Source of the DNA: Okamejei kenojei
Lineage: Eukaryota
Reading direction: 5' to 3'
Length of the DNA stretch: 64,000 nucleotides
Assembly: GCA_035221665.1 (NCBI GenBank)
Contig: CM069135.1
Span: 56,172,001-56,236,000 of the forward strand
The translations under genes were made by a program, and so were the position numbers. Below the pieces are notes generated by a model. It saw only the letters and a list, made by a program, of their open reading frames with translations, ran no database searches and was not told the origin of the DNA. Positions within the stretch are counted from its first letter, which is position 1. Every line of letters begins with the position of its first letter. Positions 37,021 to 49,350 of the stretch are shown here, in pieces.

Positions 37021-38785
37021 ACTTTATATCTTCTCCTTTGGTCTCTCTATCATACTTGCATTTGAATTGATTGTATCTACAGTATGTACAGTATTATCTG
37101 ATCAGATTGGAGAGCATGTAAGACAAAGCATTGGAAGCATGGAACATATAACAATAAACATAAACATATACTAATTCCATTTATCACATCCATGTCTTGG
37201 GAGATGTCAACTTATGGCTGGTGATGAAATCATCTGAATTCAGAGCAATAGTTTCCGTACAAAACTGATTGGCCATAATGCACAATCATTTTGGGCAAAA
37301 AGGCTTGAAGTTAGAAACCTGCAATATGACCACAAATAGCACTGAACATTAGTAAAAATCACACAAACAGCCCTCATAACCAAAGTAATTTATGTCATTA
37401 ATGATTCTGGTCAATAGCATTGATGGCAGACCTCAAAAACGCCATCAAATCAGTAATGCATGATGACTGATATAATGACCTGTTTGCAGTGACATTCACT
37501 GCATGCACATTAATACCCTTACTGGCATGACATTCAAACCAATTCACATCACAAATAAACATGTGGACATGGTGTTGCTTTGGAAGTGTCAGTCCAAAAG
37601 ACAGGTGTTACCAATTTGAATCTTGTGCTGCATATCCTGTATTCTTCTTTATACTGTAAGCAGATTATGTTCTATGGTGCGCTAATAACTATGGAATAAT
37701 TAATAGGTATGGATTTCATTGATTTTGTTGCAATATTTGCATAGATTTTATACTAAAGTTTATTTTGTTAAATATTGTCAAGCTAATAAGTGAGCCATAG
37801 ATATTAGGACATATCACTTTAAATGGTGGAATCAGAACAAGACAAGATTCGGAATTCTCTTTATATAAATGAAGTTATCATCTATTAAGACTTTTCCATT
37901 AGTCCTAATATTTAGATTGTAAGAAACTAGAGTGAGTGCCATTTTAATGTATTTTCTCTTCAGCTATTTCTTACAAATTTGGAGTTTTTAATTATTTCTA
38001 ATTTTGATCTGATATGTTACTTTGCCATCCATAGCCAAAACAAACAACTCACTAAAACCAACACAGTGGACAATAAGCCAATTAATTCAATGTATTTTAA
38101 ATGTAGACGGTCATCTTCATGACCAAAAAAACTTACGAGTGGGATATGATCATATTATCCATGGTTTGTATTACTACTGGTACTAGTGCTCCATCATAAA
38201 ATATTTCCAGGCAATTGGATTCCATGTTTGAGTGGTTGGTGTGCTTATATTACATGCCTGTTTTATCTAGGAGCACAGCTGCTTTAAAAAAATATTGAGC
38301 AGATCCATACCGGGAACCATTTTTGTCACTGCTCCAATATTTAAAAATTACCAGGGAGAGCCAGTTAATTAGAGCTGCATTTAGGACCATAGACCCTAAA
38401 ACTATGTTCTAATTTATTACAGAGAATAGTTCAAATTAACAGATTGAATCATAAAAATGGGTGAAAAAGAATCCTTCTGCCCTGGTATTACAAATGTTCT
38501 GGCCACGTCCCTGGAAAAGATCAAGGCAATGACAAAATCTATACTTTCATATAATATGAATGGATGAGTCTTAAACCGTCAAAATAGCACATTGTAATTG
38601 GTAGGTTTAAGACATTCTTGTTTGGGCAGGCTACACTGAATTTTGAATTTCTCCTGACTTCACTAAAGATTTAAACTCCAATTACTCCTCCTCAATACGG
38701 TTCACACCAAAATGTAAAAAGGCAGTCGACAAATTAACCTGAACCTGGGCCGAAGTCCTGAATTCTGCATTTTAGACAAGTTGCT

Positions 38786-39460
38786 GAGAAGGACAGAAAA
38801 CACCGAAACATCCTTCCACTAGATCAGAAGAAGGAAACCTATGCAGGGCCCGTGGCTGGAGGATGCTGGCGGACATCGGCCGACAACTAATCTTTCCACC
38901 TGAAATTGCTTCAACCAACCTCAGGCCAGATTTGGTGTTCTGGTCCCTTTCACAAAAGACTGCTTACATCATAGAGCTCACAGTTCCATGGGAGAACTCT
39001 GTTGTGGAGGCCTATGAGCGTAAGAAGCTGCGCTACGCAGAGCTTGCAGCAGAGGCAACCCAGCGTGACTGGAACATCAACGTTTATCCAGTTGAAGTGG
39101 GATGCAGAGGATTTGTTGCGTCATCTACCATCAGACTGCTGAAGGAGCTTGGAATCCAAGGTCAGGCTCTGCGGAAGACCATAAGATCACTCTCAGACGC
39201 GGCTGAAAGAAGCAGCTGTTGGATTTGGCTCAAGCGGAAAGACCCATGCTGGGCCCCAAATACGTCATGGTGAATCTTTGAGGCAGTTTGACACGGGACA
39301 CGCGCTGAGGGCTGATCATCCTGCAGCGGGCCGCCCTTGTGGAGGGTGTATAGTGTTAAAAGGCTGAAACACCCAGTGATGCAAGGGTACACTACTGATG
39401 ATGTGTCCTGTGCCCAACTGTCCTGAAGGTTACCCAGGCCAAGATATACGTATACGTACC
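38786..39460 (+). mobile_element. Hero-clade non-LTR retrotransposon, 5'-truncated (RLE endonuclease + 3' UTR)
   Basis: ORF with LRPDLV..W...IIELTVPWE....AYERKKLRY...PVEVGCRGF...WIWLKR, a PD-(D/E)xK restriction-like endonuclease signature. Confidence 0.9.
38863..39273 (+). pseudogene. Restriction-like endonuclease domain of the Hero element (open frame, truncated gene)
   Basis: 136-aa uninterrupted ORF with RPD...E...K motifs; no upstream RT. Confidence 0.85.
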
Positions 39461-40180
39461 CACCCCCCCCCTGATGTTGAGCGTCGACCACTCTCAGCAA
39501 TCAATGAATGTCGTGAAATGCTCCCCACCTACTGGCACAAGGGACTTCTTAACATCTAGTCCTGTGTATTTGATTCCGGTCAATCTAAAAAAGTGATTGC
39601 ATTTCTGCACCTCCAAGTTATCTAAAAACATTCACAGTAATCAGACAGTAAGTTTGGAAGAGTTTTTTCTAACTTGTTACTTAACTTTCTGCATGTAAGT
39701 GACACTGGCAAATCTAGCATTTACTTCCCAACTCAGACTACTTACAGTAATGGCAAGCTGTCTCATTTGATCTACATCTGTTGCAGTTGTAGACAAGTTG
39801 CTCCCACATTGCTGTTGTTGCAGAAATTAGAAACTATGATAATGAAATATTGCGGATACATTTCCAGGTCAGAATGATGTCCAATCCACCTTCATTCTAG
39901 ACCCAAAATGTGACTTATCCATGTTCCCCAGAGATGCTGCCTCACCTGCTAAGTTGATCCAGCACTTTGTGCCTTTTTGTGTATTAACAAGCAACTGCAG
40001 TTCCTTTTTTCAACACTTTCTTTCCTTGTTCTTGAAATTGGCAGTTTGTGGAACTTGTTGTCAGACTAATCTGGGTGAATGGCAACAAGGCATTTTTGCA
40101 AATGGTACCCACTTCAGTCACAGTTTGCTGTCAATGTGGAGGGAATTAATATTTAGGGTAATGGACAGGATGCCAATTAA

Positions 40181-40474
40181 AGGGCCTGTCCCACTTTCAC
40201 GAGTCCTCTGCCGAGTTGAAAGGACCTTAAAAACAAAATCAACATTTTGGTGATCTACGAACTCCTCCTCCCGACTATCTTTTTACTCGTGGACTTTTTT
40301 GTCATGCTGGAAAAAAACGTCCCGACTTACCTGCGTACCTACGGCTGGCAAAACAAGCCGCTACTATATATCTACGGACTCCTACGGCCTCCTATGGACT
40401 CGCTAAGGACATTCTCCGAGTTTGAATCAAGGGGAAAACTCGGGAGAATTCATGAGTAACTCGGGACAGGCCCT
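40181..40474. mobile_element. PIF/Harbinger-type MITE
   Basis: TIRs AGGGCCTGTCCC (40181-40192) / GGGACAGGCCCT (40463-40474), flanked by TAA on both sides; non-coding interior with short CTACGG/ACT repeats. Confidence 0.85.
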
Positions 40475-40975
40475 TAAGCAGCTTACTTGGTCTTGGATGG
40501 TGTCAAATTTCCTAAGAGTTGTTAGAACTGCATTCATCCATAAAACCTGATCACCATGCTCCAAAGGTATGTTGGTGAGAAGGCTTCAGAAAGTCAGGAC
40601 ATTTGCCATTTGCAAAAGTAGTGTGCAAAATAAAAAGTCCCCTACGATGTGTTTTATTTTGGCGAGATCTCCGGTTTATATTGTGCCATATGTTGCAATT
40701 TCTTTAAAAAAGTACTAATTGCCAATAATTTGAAGTGGAATAACCACTGCTAAGTAAGCCTATTTGGTAACAATGGTTACCAAATAATGGTTTTCTATGA
40801 GATCTGACAAACAAAATGGAATTAATGGAAGAATGCTGGCCAAGAAAATGGTCTGCTCTTCATTTGCAAAAATGCCATTGTACTTATTTTTACTCCAAAT
40901 CGGACCTATTTTTAAATTCCAACAAAAGTTGAGATATCTGACAGTGTCACAGTCCATTAATTCCATTTTGTTTGT

Positions 40976-41231
40976 TTTTCACACAGAGAGTGGTGAGTCT
41001 CTGGAACTCTCTGCCACAGAGGGTAGTTGAGGCCAGTTCATTGGCTATATTTAAGAGTGAGTTGGATGTGGCCCTTGTGGCTAAGGGGATCAGGGGGTAT
41101 GGAGAGAAGGCAGGTACGGGATACTGATTTGGATGATCAGCCATGATCATATTGAATGGCGGTGCAGGCTCGAAGGGCTGAATGGCCTACTCCTGCACCT
41201 AATTTCTATGTTTCTATGTTTCTATGTTTCT
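40976..41231 (+). mobile_element. CR1 LINE 3' end
   Basis: Reverse complement of 2825-3080; (TTTCTATG)n tail. Confidence 0.92.
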
Positions 41232-41553
41232 TTCGTTCTGCACTGCTGTCAGTTGCTCTGAAGTCCTGACTTGTATCCAAGTCCTGAAGTAGAGGCTCAA
41301 AAACAAGAGCTCTCTCATTCAGCAAAGCGGATGGAATGTGTAGGTTTCCAACCAGGATGCAGAGCAGAGCAGCAGTTGGAAGGTTTAATGGATTGGCTCA
41401 TTGAGAGGCAGAGTAGCAAAGTAAAGGTAGAGCACAGCAGTCTATTGGCAGCGGTCGCTTTGGGGGAGCTGTGTTTTGAGGTGGAGTACTGTGTTTTAGG
41501 GTAGGTATTGATAGTGTTGCAGTGCTAATTATTTAGGTGCCAGAGCTGTCAAA

Positions 41554-44035
41554 CAGGGGCGTTATTTCAGGTTTTGCTTTGGGGGGGGACGGGACGAGCT
41601 AGTCTCCCAAGGTGGTCAAACAAGATTATAGCCTATCACTACATCCCAGTGTATAACTAGTACAATAAAACATATAATACTTAATTTAATAATATGACAA
41701 AATATTGCACGGTTGCACTCACTAATTATCATGAAATATAATTATCAAGCAAGTAAAGAAAAATATGGTAATCATGTATTTTACCAATTTACACTAAATT
41801 ACCAACTTACCAAATGCCACCAATGATAAGTTTCACAATAATTTCCACAAAGGGTCACGCGTAATATGTATTCAGGGGTCTGAAGCAACTCTTGTCCTGG
41901 TGTCTTCTGCTGATCTGTGGTTCCGCATCCATGATGTGACGTATGGCTCAGGATTCCAACGAACCAGAGGTCCGTGTAGTTTAACAAACGTGCTGATACA
42001 TGATTCATGAGAATTCTTGAGTATGTTGGTGTTATTATCAAATTCATGTGATGAATCCCCTCTCACGCTCAGCAGTACCAATAGGAATAACTTGTGAACA
42101 GCGCAGTAATGGGCGTATGTCTTGGGGATGCGGCGTCCAAGATCCTCCACGTAATCTCTGAAGGCATTTATTACAGAGGAAGAAGAAAGCTTAAACCTCT
42201 TACAGAGAGATGATATTACAGCTTCTCCATAGTTATGTGGTATTTCAGCAGGCCAACAGCATTTATCAAGGACACACAATTCATTTAGCAGGGATTTATA
42301 CATACTATGAGGTTCAGAAGAATGAAAACCTTTCAAGGGTGTTGTTGTTAACATATGGTGGTGCAAATTATTTATAAGACTAGTAAGAAACTGTTGATAA
42401 TTAATGGAGATGGTTTTGTTGTTGCTTGTTAAGGCAATTTCTCCAACTTCCCCTTTTCAACTTGAGCTTCTAGAGTTTTTGTACCAGGTTGCTCTTTCAG
42501 TCCATGCAGTTTGTCTGCATTAACAATCGTAGTGGTGCTTTTCTGAAAACACTCTGAAGGTAAACCAAGTTGATGCAACGTGTCACACATTAGAGCTAAA
42601 TCCAATCGAAACTGTTCTGAAGAGAGTCTTGTCAACAGACCTTCATAGGTTTTTCTGTCACTCCCAGATCGTGTTTCAACCTTCATTGTTTTTTCAAAAG
42701 ACGCAGTGCTTCATAATATTGCCACACTGCTGAAACTGTTGTTCTGGTTGAGGGGCACATTTCCTACAGTTCCTTTTGATTTAGAGGTGATCTACTGTAA
42801 ACAGCGCACAATTTGTCCATAAATGATTGAAAATGATTAATTCCACGAACTTCTCTCACTGAATCACCTACTGCAAGTTCTAATCTGTGATTAGGACAGT
42901 GCAAATTATCACATCAAGGTATTGTTCCTTGAGAATTGTAGCAACACCAGATTTGACACCAAGCATTACGCTCGTCTCATCACTAGCAAATGATACAAGG
43001 TTCTGTTTGATGTAAGAGTCATCAAATCCATGGTTACTGAGACAGTTCAATAGATGCTTAGCAATAGTTTCAGCTTTCTGATCAGGCAGTTCAATTAGAT
43101 CTACAAATATAAAATGGGGACTACCTTCCTTATCACGTTCACATTTCAAATTAACTATTAGGGCGGTTTTGATGCTCGGGCTTGTTGTTTCATCAATGAA
43201 AACAGACATTTTGCCATTTAGTGGTAATTAAATCAAAGCGGAAGCCATCTGGATCGAACTTTGCAACATTATTTATATATATTAATTGCGCACTGGGCGA
43301 GAAGGGTCTAATCCTCAAAATCTGGACGCTCTTTGGTTGTATTGAGAACCATTTATAACAGTGGCGGAGTGAATCATTAAAAACAAAACTGACAAGCCAA
43401 TTTCTATCAAGACGATTTCAGGCGGATAAGTTCTTTTTGGCAGCAGAAGCGAGAATTTCAAGGGGCAAGAGTGTTTTATTGACATATGTCCCAAAAGGGG
43501 ACAATGAGATTCTTACTTACAGCGATTTCAATTTCCTATGTGGGTTGAGATTCGATTCAAATTCTATGTTTAAAATATCCTTATAATGGCGGCAGGTCAG
43601 CGGGTGAATATTCTAAACTAAAGCATCGGTATAAGGTACTCACCTCCAAAATGGCCCTGGAACGTCTCAGAATCTCCCCTAACTAAACTGTTGTCTCTTT
43701 CCCCCCTCTTGCGCAAATACAGCAGCTTCGTACTAAATTCATCAACCAAGTATCCGAGCGCACGGTTTCTCTATTCCAAAGATCTATCCCCCCCGTTACT
43801 CACAAGGCAGCGGTGCCGGAGCGGCGCTCCGGTGAGCTCCGGCAGAATTGCACCCCGGATATTGAGGTTCTGATTTGAGAGGCTTCAGCAAGATGACCAA
43901 GCAGAAGGTGACGGCAAGATAAAAAAACTTCATATTTTTGTAACTTTCTTCTTTGGTCCAAATGCAATTAACTCCTGCAAGATGTGGTTAGTCAGGGAAA
44001 CTTCCAGTGTCCCTAATGACTGCGCAGAGAAGATT
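41554..44035 (-). mobile_element. Degenerate hAT DNA transposon (KIAA1586/ZNF862-like transposase)
   Basis: Fragments SVFIDETT...LIELPD..AETI...SFASDETSVMLG.KSGVA (42880-43209) and 42429-42686; C-terminal hAT dimerisation-like IPIGTAERERG...MNLIITP...FVKLHGP...W (~41900-42090); many frameshifts. Outer boundaries uncertain. Confidence 0.85.
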
Positions 44036-44822
44036 TACAAGGAAGCTGCGAGCATTTCAGGGCCTGAGTGATAGGCAGAGGTTTGGCAGGCTAGTACAGT
44101 ATTCCTTAAGCATAGCAGGGAGAGAGGTGATCTTAGAGAGGTGTTTCAGATGAGGGTAAACGATAGGGTAGATTTACCCAGAGTAGGGGAATCGAGAACA
44201 TAAGTTTAGTTCAAGTTCACATTTATTGTCACATGCAACAATTAAGGTACAGTGATATTTGAGTTATCATACAGCCAGACAAGTAAAAATAACACCATAC
44301 ACGATAGAGTTTAACATAAGCATCCATCAAAGTGGAATCAACATTTCTCACATTGATGGAGAGGCCACACCAATCCAAATGTTAGGCCGCGAGGAGGGCG
44401 AAGATGCAACAAGGAGAGGTAAGTGACTGAAATTGGGTTTCCCCCAATTCCACCCTACCCCTCCCAACCCCCAAATCAGACATACCGAGAAACATGAAAA
44501 CACACATTTAGACGCACTAAAAATAACAAAAAAAAGTCGAAAGGACAGATGGGCTGCTGGCGAGAGGGGAAAGATTTAATGGGAATCAGAGTGGCACATT
44601 CCACATAGGGTATATGGAATGAACTGCCAGAGGAGGTAGTTGAGGCAGAAACTATAACAAGATTTAAAATATATTTGGACAGGTACATGCACAGGGAACA
44701 TTTCGAGGGATATGGGCTAAACATAGGCAGGTGGGACTAGTGTAGATGGAGCACCTTGGTTGGCATGCGCTAGCTGTGCCGAAGGGCCTGTTTCTGTGCT
44801 GTATGACTCTATAACTCTATGC
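44036..44822 (+). mobile_element. CR1-group LINE 3' region split by a nested insertion at ~44205-44565
   Basis: CAGAGAAGATTTACAAGGA...GAGAGGTGATCTTA.AGAGGTG...TGGAATGAACTGCCAGAGGAGGTAGTTGAGGCAG...GCCGAAGGGCCTGTTTC and (ACTCTAT)n tail. Confidence 0.85.
44205..44565 (-). mobile_element. Non-autonomous retroelement related to 4942-5700, internally shorter
   Basis: TTTATTGTCACATG tail; shared TTTAACA.AA.CATCCATCA and GGCCACAC.AATCCA..GTTAGGCC segments. Confidence 0.65.
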
Positions 44823-45574
44823 CTCTACCAAGTGCTCCCAGCTGCGGCTCCAGACCAATCTCCTGGGTGGAAGATTTGCTGGCGCTACTCAGAAGGATTT
44901 AAACTAGATTGGCAGGAGGGAGAGTCCAAGTGCCGAAAGGAGGCAAATGTATGTCTATATCCTGATTAAGGAAGCTTTCTTTGACACATTTATTAAATTC
45001 CATACCATCCAAGGCCTTTGCACTATTGGAGACCCAGGCAACGCAAGGTCAGTTAAAATCTCCCACTAATATTACCCTATTATTTTTGCAGCTATCTGCA
45101 ACTTCCCTGCACATCTTCTCCTCTAAATTTATGCTGGCTATTGGGAGTCCTATAATACAGTCCCATCAAAGTGATCATTCCATTCCTATTTCTGTTCTAT
45201 CCAAATAGCCTCACTTGACACTCGCTCAACAATATTGTCTCTGAGCACTGCAGTTATACAGCACACCCTGATCAAAAAGGCCGCAACCCCCCCACACCCT
45301 TTCTCTTTCCTACATTTCTATCAAATATGTAGCATCTATCCCTTGGGATATTGAGCTGCCAGGCCTGCCCTTCCCTTCATGTATCTGTTATGGTAATTAT
45401 ATACCAGAACCTGAATCAACCTATGGGCTGGGTTCATCCGTCTTGCCTGTTAAACCTCTAGCTTGGAATTAAATGCAATTTAAATCACTGGCTTTTCATT
45501 CTCTCTTTACTATGCTCTTGCCTTTCTTGTCTGCTAATCTTACTCTCTTTGATTACAGTATTTAACCCCAACCT

Positions 45575-45895
45575 CTCATTTAAGACAGGCAGCAAGGACA
45601 AGCCAGGGAATTACAGGCCAGTGAACCTGACATCAATGGTGTGGAAAGGTTTAGGGGGGATTCTTAGAGACAGGATCTACCAGCATTTGAAGATAGACAC
45701 AAAATGCTGGAGTAACTCAGTAGGTCAGGCATTTACCATCATTTGGAATGGCATAAACTGATTAGGGCTAGTTAGCATGACTTTGTGTGTGGGAAATCAT
45801 CTCTCACAAAATATATTTAACTTTTTTGAAGAGCTCGCCAAAAGGGTTGGTGAGGGCAGTGCAGAGGGCCTTGCCTATATGGACCTCAGCAAGGT
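45575..45895 (+). mobile_element. CR1 RT fragment with small Penelope pLTR insertion (~45690-45732)
   Basis: FKTGSKDKPGNYRPVNLTSMV.K...ILRDRIY.HL. Confidence 0.8.
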
Positions 45896-47594
45896 CCAGA
45901 GAGGGATGGGCAGGGGGAGTTAATTTACAACTCAATGATCTGAACATTGAATTCTCCCAATTTTAGGTAACCTTGAATAAACCCCCATCATGTGTTATCC
46001 ACACATGAGAAGTCATGCAACATGAGTTTGATTTTCTCCACAACCAATGGCAATATTGGCAAGTAAAAAAGGGCATTTACACCAAATTTCTATCCTCCCT
46101 AATTTACCCGTGATGATGGCTGTCCCAGTCAGAAATTGACTAATTGCCAAAAGACCATCCATTTAATCTGTAATCTCTATCATTCTACAGCCAGAAGCCA
46201 TTATATTTCACAAAACGTGAAGAAATACAATGGATAAAAGTAAAACAAATTAACCAGTTTCACAAATTCTACATTGAAAGATATGTATTACTATTGTCAA
46301 TTCAAACAAATATTGACATTGCCAGTGATCATTATTTTTTTTAATCATGCTCATCCGTCCACAACCACAACTGAATAACGTACTGAATCAGTTGCCTTTG
46401 ACAGCACAATATTGAAAAACTCAAATAATGACATAGGATTTTTTTTTAAATGTTGGAGCCTAAAATATCAAATATTTAATTTTTTCTATAGATCATTGGA
46501 AGGCTCATATATTTAATAGGTCTAAATAAACTACAAATCAAATAAAAATTCCCAATACATAGGACACACATCTTAGTAAAAGACACAACATGCTGGAGAA
46601 ACTCAGCAGGTTAGGCAGCATTTCTCAAGAACATGGACAGGTCACCTATCCATGTTCTCCAGAGATGTTGCCAGAACCGCAGAATTACTTGAGCCTTTGT
46701 TTGTAAGTCAGCATTTCCTTCCATGTACTAAGGAAAAGGCATATTGTGAGGCTTTGGGAATAATAGAGTATTCACCACTCAATACAGATTGGAGACTGAA
46801 GCATGATTTGTTCACAGAAAAGACTTCCATAATTTGCTCCAGTGATTGACTAATATTTTGCTTGCAAAATGATGGCATAATAACAACATGGAGATAAAAT
46901 AATTGATGCTGGAAACAATATCCCCATGAACAATGCACACAAATAAATAGCTAACTAGATGTCACAAAGGAAATATATGGGGCAACCCATGCGGATCTGT
47001 CAGCCATAAGTTTGAGATTCCTGCACAAGCATAGAAGTCCCAAATTGCACAACCACACTTCAATGCTGGATTCCTCGCTGAGTCCAGCTGTGGAGTGCAA
47101 ACTTCCTATAGTTTCCCAGCATTTACATTGTGGAATCTGCCTGCTGAACATGTGCCAGTTTAACCAGGTCCAGAAACAGCCACTCCATTCATTTCACTGG
47201 GCAGTTTCACATTAGATTATTTCCACTTTAAACTAGTTCAATAAAATATTTTACTTATTGTCAATTCTTATCAATATGTTTGAAACTCTTAACAAAACCG
47301 TTTCAAACATATTATTGAGAGTTTAAAGATTATGAATGGTTCTGAATATATCTTGGCCAGCTAGCTGTCAGTTAATCATTCATCATTTTGTAGGCACTGC
47401 CTAATGTCTCTGCAGGTTGAATACATTAAAATTATACAAATCCAGCAGGAAGAGACTATAACAAGACTGAATTAGGCTGCAGAGTGGAGAATGTGCAGTG
47501 ACGCATTCTGGCAGAAAGAAAAAGGAGATGATATTGAGACAGGAGAGATGCAACTGCAACAGTGCACAAAGAAGTGCACTGCATGTATTTGCTT

Positions 47595-48320
47595 CATGTA
47601 ATGCTGGAGGAACCCAGCAAGCCAGTCACCATCTATGGAGGGATTTGACTAGTGATGCTTTGAGTCGTCCCTTCTTTAAATTGATTGGAAGAAAGAGAAA
47701 GCTGGAGAAGAGTAGGGGGGGTGGGGAGGGTGGTGGTGAGACAAAGCCTGACAAGTGATAGGTGGATACAAGCAAGTAAGGGAAGAGGAGGGAGGGTTGA
47801 TTGTCAGATGGGTGGAATATACAAGCAAAGGTTAGAGGTAAAAAGGAGACAAAAGTGTGTCAGATAATGAAAGAAGGAAGAGTGAAATATGGAGCTGGAG
47901 GGATGAAAGGATATAGTTTGAGGCAAGAGGGGAGCGGGATGTGGGGTGGATAAAAGGGAATGGTGGGACGTCAGAGTGGGAGATGAGTGCACAAAGGAGG
48001 GGAAAGGAGCAAGGTGACTGGCTTGGTGGGAGAAATGTGAGTGCACCAAGCTGGAGTATTATTTGAAATTGGGGAATTCAATGTTCATACCATTGTGTTC
48101 TAAGTCACCCAAGCGGATATGAGGTACGTTCATCCAGTTTACATTTTGCTTCAATCTGACAATGGAAGATGCCCAGGAGAGTAAGGTTAGTATGGGAATG
48201 AAAAAAGAGTTAAATCGTTAGCAATCGAGAGCGCCAGCAGGCCTTGGTGTACAGAGTGCAAGTTTTATCTGAAATGGTAGTTTAGTTTATGCTTTGTCTC
48301 GCCATTGCAAAGAGAAAGTG
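47595..48320 (-). mobile_element. Old Penelope-like element 3' region
   Basis: Degenerate pLTR at ~47600-47685, purine-rich UTR, then GAATTCAATGTTCATACC...CCCAAGCGGATATGAGG homologous to the GIY-YIG C-terminus at 33475-33535. Confidence 0.75.
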
Positions 48321-48862
48321 AAGATTGAATGGCGTTCAAAAGGGGTGCAGGAAGAGAGCATTTGGTTATATATGCAAATCAACCTTTGAAAGTTGATTGT
48401 CAGGATCGCACAGTGACAAATATGGGATTCTGTGCCTCAAATACATACACCAAGTACAATGTAGGAGGTTATGCAGAAGCTTCATAAAATACCACACAAC
48501 TAACAACTGGAGTATTATGTACAATTCTAGTCAACAGAAAGCTGTAGGGTTCAAGAGAGGGCGGAGAAAACAATTATTAGACTGGTTCGATAGATGAGGT
48601 ACTTGAACTATGAGATTAAAACAGAGAGGTTTGTGTTCGCAGAGTACAGGAGGTTGGGAAAAAATTTGACAGTGTATACAAAATAATGATTTGCTTAGAT
48701 AGACCAAGTGAGGAGAACCTGTTCCTATTATTTCAAGGGCCTGGGACACTGGTTTAAAGCGTCAGGCAAAAGATCATAGGGATGAGAGGATTTTTTCCCT
48801 TATGCAGGAAGTGGTGACAACTTGATGTTCACTGCATGCAAGGGTAGGAAGTATCAGAGTTA

Positions 48863-49350
48863 CATAGAAACATAGAAAATAGGTGCAGGAGTAGGCCATT
48901 CAATATGATCATAGCTGATCATCCAAAATCAGTACCCCGTTCCTGATTTCTCCCGATATCTCTTGATTCCGCTAGCCCTAAGAACTAAATCAAACTCTCT
49001 CTTGAAAACATCCAGTTAATTGGCCTCCACTGCCTTCTGTGGCAAAGAATTCCACAGATTCACAACTCTCTGGGTGATTTTTTTTTTCCTCATCTCAGTC
49101 CTAAATGGCATACCCCTTATTCTTAAACTGTGACCTCTGGTTCTGGACTGCCCCAACATCGGGAACATTTGTTCCTGCGTCTAGCCTGTCCAATCCCCTA
49201 AGAATTTTATATGTTTCTAGAAGATCCCCTCTCATCCCTCTAAATTCCAGTGAATATAAGCCCAGTCGATCCATTCTTTCATCATAGTCAGTCCTGCCAT
49301 CCCGGCGAATAACCAGGTGAACCTACGCTGCACTCACTCAGTAGCAATAA
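48863..49350 (-). mobile_element. CR1 LINE 3' end
   Basis: (CATAGAAA)n followed by ATAGGTGCAGGAGTAGGCCATTC; homologous to 22754-23140. Confidence 0.92.

Noticed and set aside
39334-39387. SECIS element
   Set aside because: The GA/GA core has the UGA on the 3' strand, the reverse of SECIS geometry, and there is no selenoprotein context.
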